A stretch of 64,000 nucleotides of DNA from Oikopleura dioica (taxonomy: Eukaryota; Animalia; Chordata), in NCBI GenBank assembly GCA_907165135.1, contig OU015566.1, positions 7,812,001 through 7,876,000 on the forward strand, in the 5' to 3' direction. Position numbers and translations under genes: made by a program. Numbering within the stretch: position 1 is the stretch's first letter; each line of letters opens with the position of its first letter. The notes below the pieces were generated by a model that was not told where the DNA came from, ran no database searches, and worked only from the letters and a program-made list of their open reading frames with translations. Positions 60,049-64,000 of the stretch are shown here, in pieces.

Positions 60049-63000
60049 TCAGACCCAAGATGTCCATCCTTCGTACATGAGCGCAAGGTTGTGAATCGCC
60101 CGTGCTTCTGAGATCACGTGATCGACCTGGTCGGAAACGGACTTTTGAAGATTCTCGTCAGGATCAAGTCCATCAAGTTTTTGCTGGATTCGTCGGAGGA
60201 TGAGGATGGCCGTTTGATTGCGTTGGTTCTTTTTGAAGTTGAAAGCTTTTGGCGTCACTAACTTTCGATAAAAAATAAGTTCAACCTTCCTTTGCGGGCT
60301 CTGTTTTTGCGGCGCTGGAAGTTCTAAAGTTCTGGCCAAAATTCAGACTCGGGTCTTGTGATGGTGCTTGGGGCGGTAACTCTTTTTCTGAGCTCTCTGA
60401 GTTTGCCTGTTCTTGTTCGGCCAGGGCAAACAGCGACGTATTGATCTTAAACGCGTTTACGTTCCTAATTCAATTCGTTTTATTTGGTCTAACGAAGTAT
60501 TCTGTATTCAGAACGACGGATCGTAATTCTTTATGATTATGCATGATCTTAGGACAGCGATTCGGGTATTTACGAGACTAGGAAGACGTCGAAAAAACCT
60601 GTAAAAGATACTACAAGTGTCGGATCTTTCTGTTCTTGAGAAAATGTTAAAAAGAAAAATCTGTAAATTAACAGATCTTCAAATTGAATCTCTATATTTT
60701 TACTAACTTGCTATCGTCAAATATTAATCATTGTCCACTAAGGGATAAAAAATCTGCAAACGTTGCCTTTGTAGTCTCATCGAGTAGTGAATTGGTGTCG
60801 CTGATTAGTCTCTCTGCCAGAACAATAGACTCCGACTGGGAGGAAAGTTCATTTGCCAGGTCCTTCAAGCTCTCCGCGTAATCCGCATAAGCCTCGAGCC
60901 AGCCTTTCGCTTTCGCCGAGGCGGGATTCGACGCTGGGATTTCTTGCAGCAACTTGACCACCTCGCGGAGAACTTTTTTACGCTGATTATGTAGCGAGGC
61001 GAGGAAGTTCGAGAACTCTTTGATGGAGACTTTCACTTGCTTGATTTTATTGTTCGAGTGTGACTTCGAGTGGTTGAGATTGGAGCTCTGGGAGTTAAAG
61101 TTTTATTTTTGAACGTTCGAGTATCTCGTCCATTGATTAAATAATCATATCTCAGTAGAGGTAAGTTATCAATACTCAGACGAATTGATTACCTTTACTT
61201 TCAGTTCCTGGCGACAGTTCTGCCTCCATCTATCCGGCACAAACGGCGTCTTATCATCGAGAACAGGAGGTGTGAGTTCTGTGAGAGTAACTTCTTCCGG
61301 TTGAATCTGATTCGAGCAAATCTGGTAGTCGCCGATGATCTTTATCGAGGTCTCGATGAGCTTCAAATTGTCTGAATCAAATTTGTTGCTTTCAAAGCCC
61401 GGAAGACGGAGAGATTCAAACGTATAAACGCCTTCAATAAATCGTTCTACGCGTTTCGCGATTTCCGAGTTTTCCGCAAGCATCGTCCGACGATCTTCTT
61501 TTGCCAGAAGAACTGCTTGCTCGATGGGCTTTACTCTTGGATTCGTGCCGCTTGACCATTTGAGTCGCTTCAATAAGTCTTGTTCGTTGATTTCAGTATT
61601 CTTGATAATATCAACAATTGCTTTGTCCAGGTTGCGCAACTCCTCGAGTATTTCTTGGAAATCCTTGATCACGCGCGATCGCATATTAGCCTGATCAAGT
61701 TGATCACAAAGCACATCTTCGTGGAGCCATTGGAAAGAGGTCTTCTGAAGCATTGCTCGTTTCAGACAGGAGTTTATCAAGTGAGATCGTTGGGACAATC
61801 GGCGGGTGATGTCGAACATTTTCCAGTTGCGGATGTAGTTCATTACAACGGCAGTTGTCTTCACGATGTCGGTCTGAAATGAAAATTAACGTTTTGATTG
61901 ACACAATCTTTCAGAAATAGTCCGTCCTTTGTCGCATTTTTACGGTCAATTAGACTGAATTTATTCGATGAATAGAGGCGATAGTCTAGGCCGCACTAAT
62001 TATTTATTTGTATAATCGTTCGTAACTCTTAGTCGGCAAAAATCAATCAAAACTAAAAATACCGTACCTCTTCTTCTTCCTTTTTCAAGGCCCTTTCGAC
62101 GACTGCTGTCAAGTCTTTAGCATCAATCGCCCCTGATGATAGCTCTTCAGATCCGCACGCTTCGATAAGAGCACAGGATACGCGTCCCATTGCGTAACTG
62201 GGCATGCCGAGCAGCACCTCTTGAATGAAATTCGCAATAAACACCTTGATCGGCTTTGCCAGCTCCTCTTCTGAAAGCAGTTTTGGATTTGTCTCGGACT
62301 GGGAGCTGAAAGAAAGCGCATTTCCTCGAACGAGTGAAAAGAAACTCGAGAGAGCTTCAAGTTGTCGCAGGAAGAGAAGTCGGCGGAGGTATCGCGAATC
62401 GTAGGTTTCGTTTCGGATGAGCTTCTTTGCTGGAGATATTGAGTGATTCCAGCGTTCAGGGATCACCAAGTCAAAGAAGAACGACACGAGCTTTTCAGTC
62501 GCGACTGTGATATCCTGAAAGAATAATTAAAAAAGGGCAGTGTGAAGGTTATTAAGTCACCTGGAAAATATCGTTGCACATTTTTACGAGCATAAGTCCT
62601 GGCAGCGCGTTTCCATCACTTCCCATCCCTTCGCATAGCTCGTCGAAATGTCTCTCGAGTATCTGTGCCGTTTCCAAATACTGCTCTGTCGTAGCATCTA
62701 CTTGTCTACTTCTGAGCACAGAGCTAAAAATAGACGATCATGAATAGGGGTCCTTTAAAAAAACGTCAGAAAATGTTGTTGACCGTTTTCTCTACTACCT
62801 CAAGTTGCTGATCATCTTTGACAGAGGCTGAGAATAGGCCAAGTTGATGATGCCATCGATAAGCTGAGTGCTTTCTTCAACCTTTTAGTACAAGTTTTCG
62901 ATGAGTTTCATTACAGCAGATTATTCGAAAATTAGAGTGCTCTCTGATTAATGGATTTGACAACGAAAGATCAAAGATCGATATAAGGGGTCAGTTGAAA

Positions 63001-64000
63001 CCAGTTTGATTGATCCTATGCGGCGAGCTAGGAATAAACGAGGAATAATTAGACAAATCAAAAACTTTCCTGAAGCAACGAAACGGCTTCTGGAACAATG
63101 TATCCTCTCCATTCGGAGTATAATTTGCCTAGACAAGTATACACATCGCTTGTCAAATGGATGTCCAACAAGTTCAGCGGCGCCACTGCCGTTGGAAAAA
63201 CTCTTGCGCAAATTGTCGCGATTTCTTTCTGCTCAAAATAAAGCGATTTCAATTCTTCAAAGAACCAGTCTCCTGATTTCGAATTGATCGACGCCAGCTT
63301 AGGCCCAGCTGTAGCTACATGTTCTTCCATCGTGATGGATTTCATGTAGTTCTGCGAAAAGACTTTGACGAGACATTGAAGAGTTGGAAGCTCGGCTCGA
63401 GGAAGATCAGCAAGTAGATCGTCCGTCGCCATTTCAACTGCTTTCATTGCTGTTGTAATATCAGCGAAAACATTTTCTTGTTGCGCTTGTCGCCTTTGAA
63501 TTTCGGTCAATTTCGCCTGGAGTCCTTCTCTGGGTTCGTCGATCTGGGAGGAGAGGCAGAGCGCCTTGGCTTTGATGAGACGCTTGCGAGTGCCGTTCAT
63601 CGACGAGTCCTCCAGCTCCAGCAGCCTTTCATGTGCGTTCTTGATTGAAGTACACGCGTCAATGCTCATCTCGTTTTCGAGCTTGAGAATGGCATTCGCC
63701 CAGAAGTTGATTCGATGAGAGTTCACGACCGTTTTCGGATACAACTGACGAATACTAATGTATGCGGCGAGCATCTTCACCCCTCGATGCGTGATTTGAT
63801 GTCGCCGTGCCAGAGTGGTATTGAGCTGGTTGTACAAATCACTCGCTTGGGCTGATAATTGCTTCTGCCCGATTTCTTTCATATAAACCTCTGCACTTTG
63901 GGCAGCGAAGGGCATGCTACTGACTGGCGTTAGTAATTCATCAACCAAAAGTTCGATTTCTCGTGCGGAGTTCAAGCCGATCTGCTCGGACGCTTGTTGA
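60049..64000 (-). CDS. SMG1: PIKK kinase SMG1, 3' portion (runs off the window end)
   Basis: FATC domain SVSDQVDHVISEARAIHNLALMYEGWTSWV*, preceded by RNQTAILILRRIQQKLDG and a long helical insert typical of SMG1. Confidence 0.9.

Overview
This is compact eukaryotic genomic DNA with many ~40-50 nt introns, some non-GT donors and genes packed a few hundred bases apart. That architecture fits the larvacean tunicate Oikopleura dioica (inferred, not proven). Plus-strand genes: a BTB-domain gene, HUWE1, an ammonium transporter, a K2P channel, a small secreted orphan, an intronless coiled-coil/TM ORF and an HS3ST-like sulfotransferase. Minus-strand genes: a Thr-rich TSP1/CCP mucin, a synaptotagmin-like gene, two tiny EGF-TM paralogs, a SERHL-like hydrolase, IPPK and the 3' part of SMG1. 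The main signal is that DNA transposons sit inside coding exons, apparently removable by splicing. (1) A 4.4-kb element with ~290-bp TIRs and a transposase-like gene interrupts the hydrolase exon. Its terminal GT plus the duplicated target CTTAG form an exact GT-AG intron that restores the host frame, and on the other strand the same ends read GC-AG. (2) A 464-bp hAT MITE in the K2P gene can be excised exactly as a GC-AG intron through its TSD. (3) A 454-bp hAT MITE in HUWE1 can only be removed imperfectly. Two large fold-back MITEs and a palindromic 63-bp minisatellite are also present. Several single-base frameshifts look like assembly errors. No RNA evidence was available, so all splicing is predicted.
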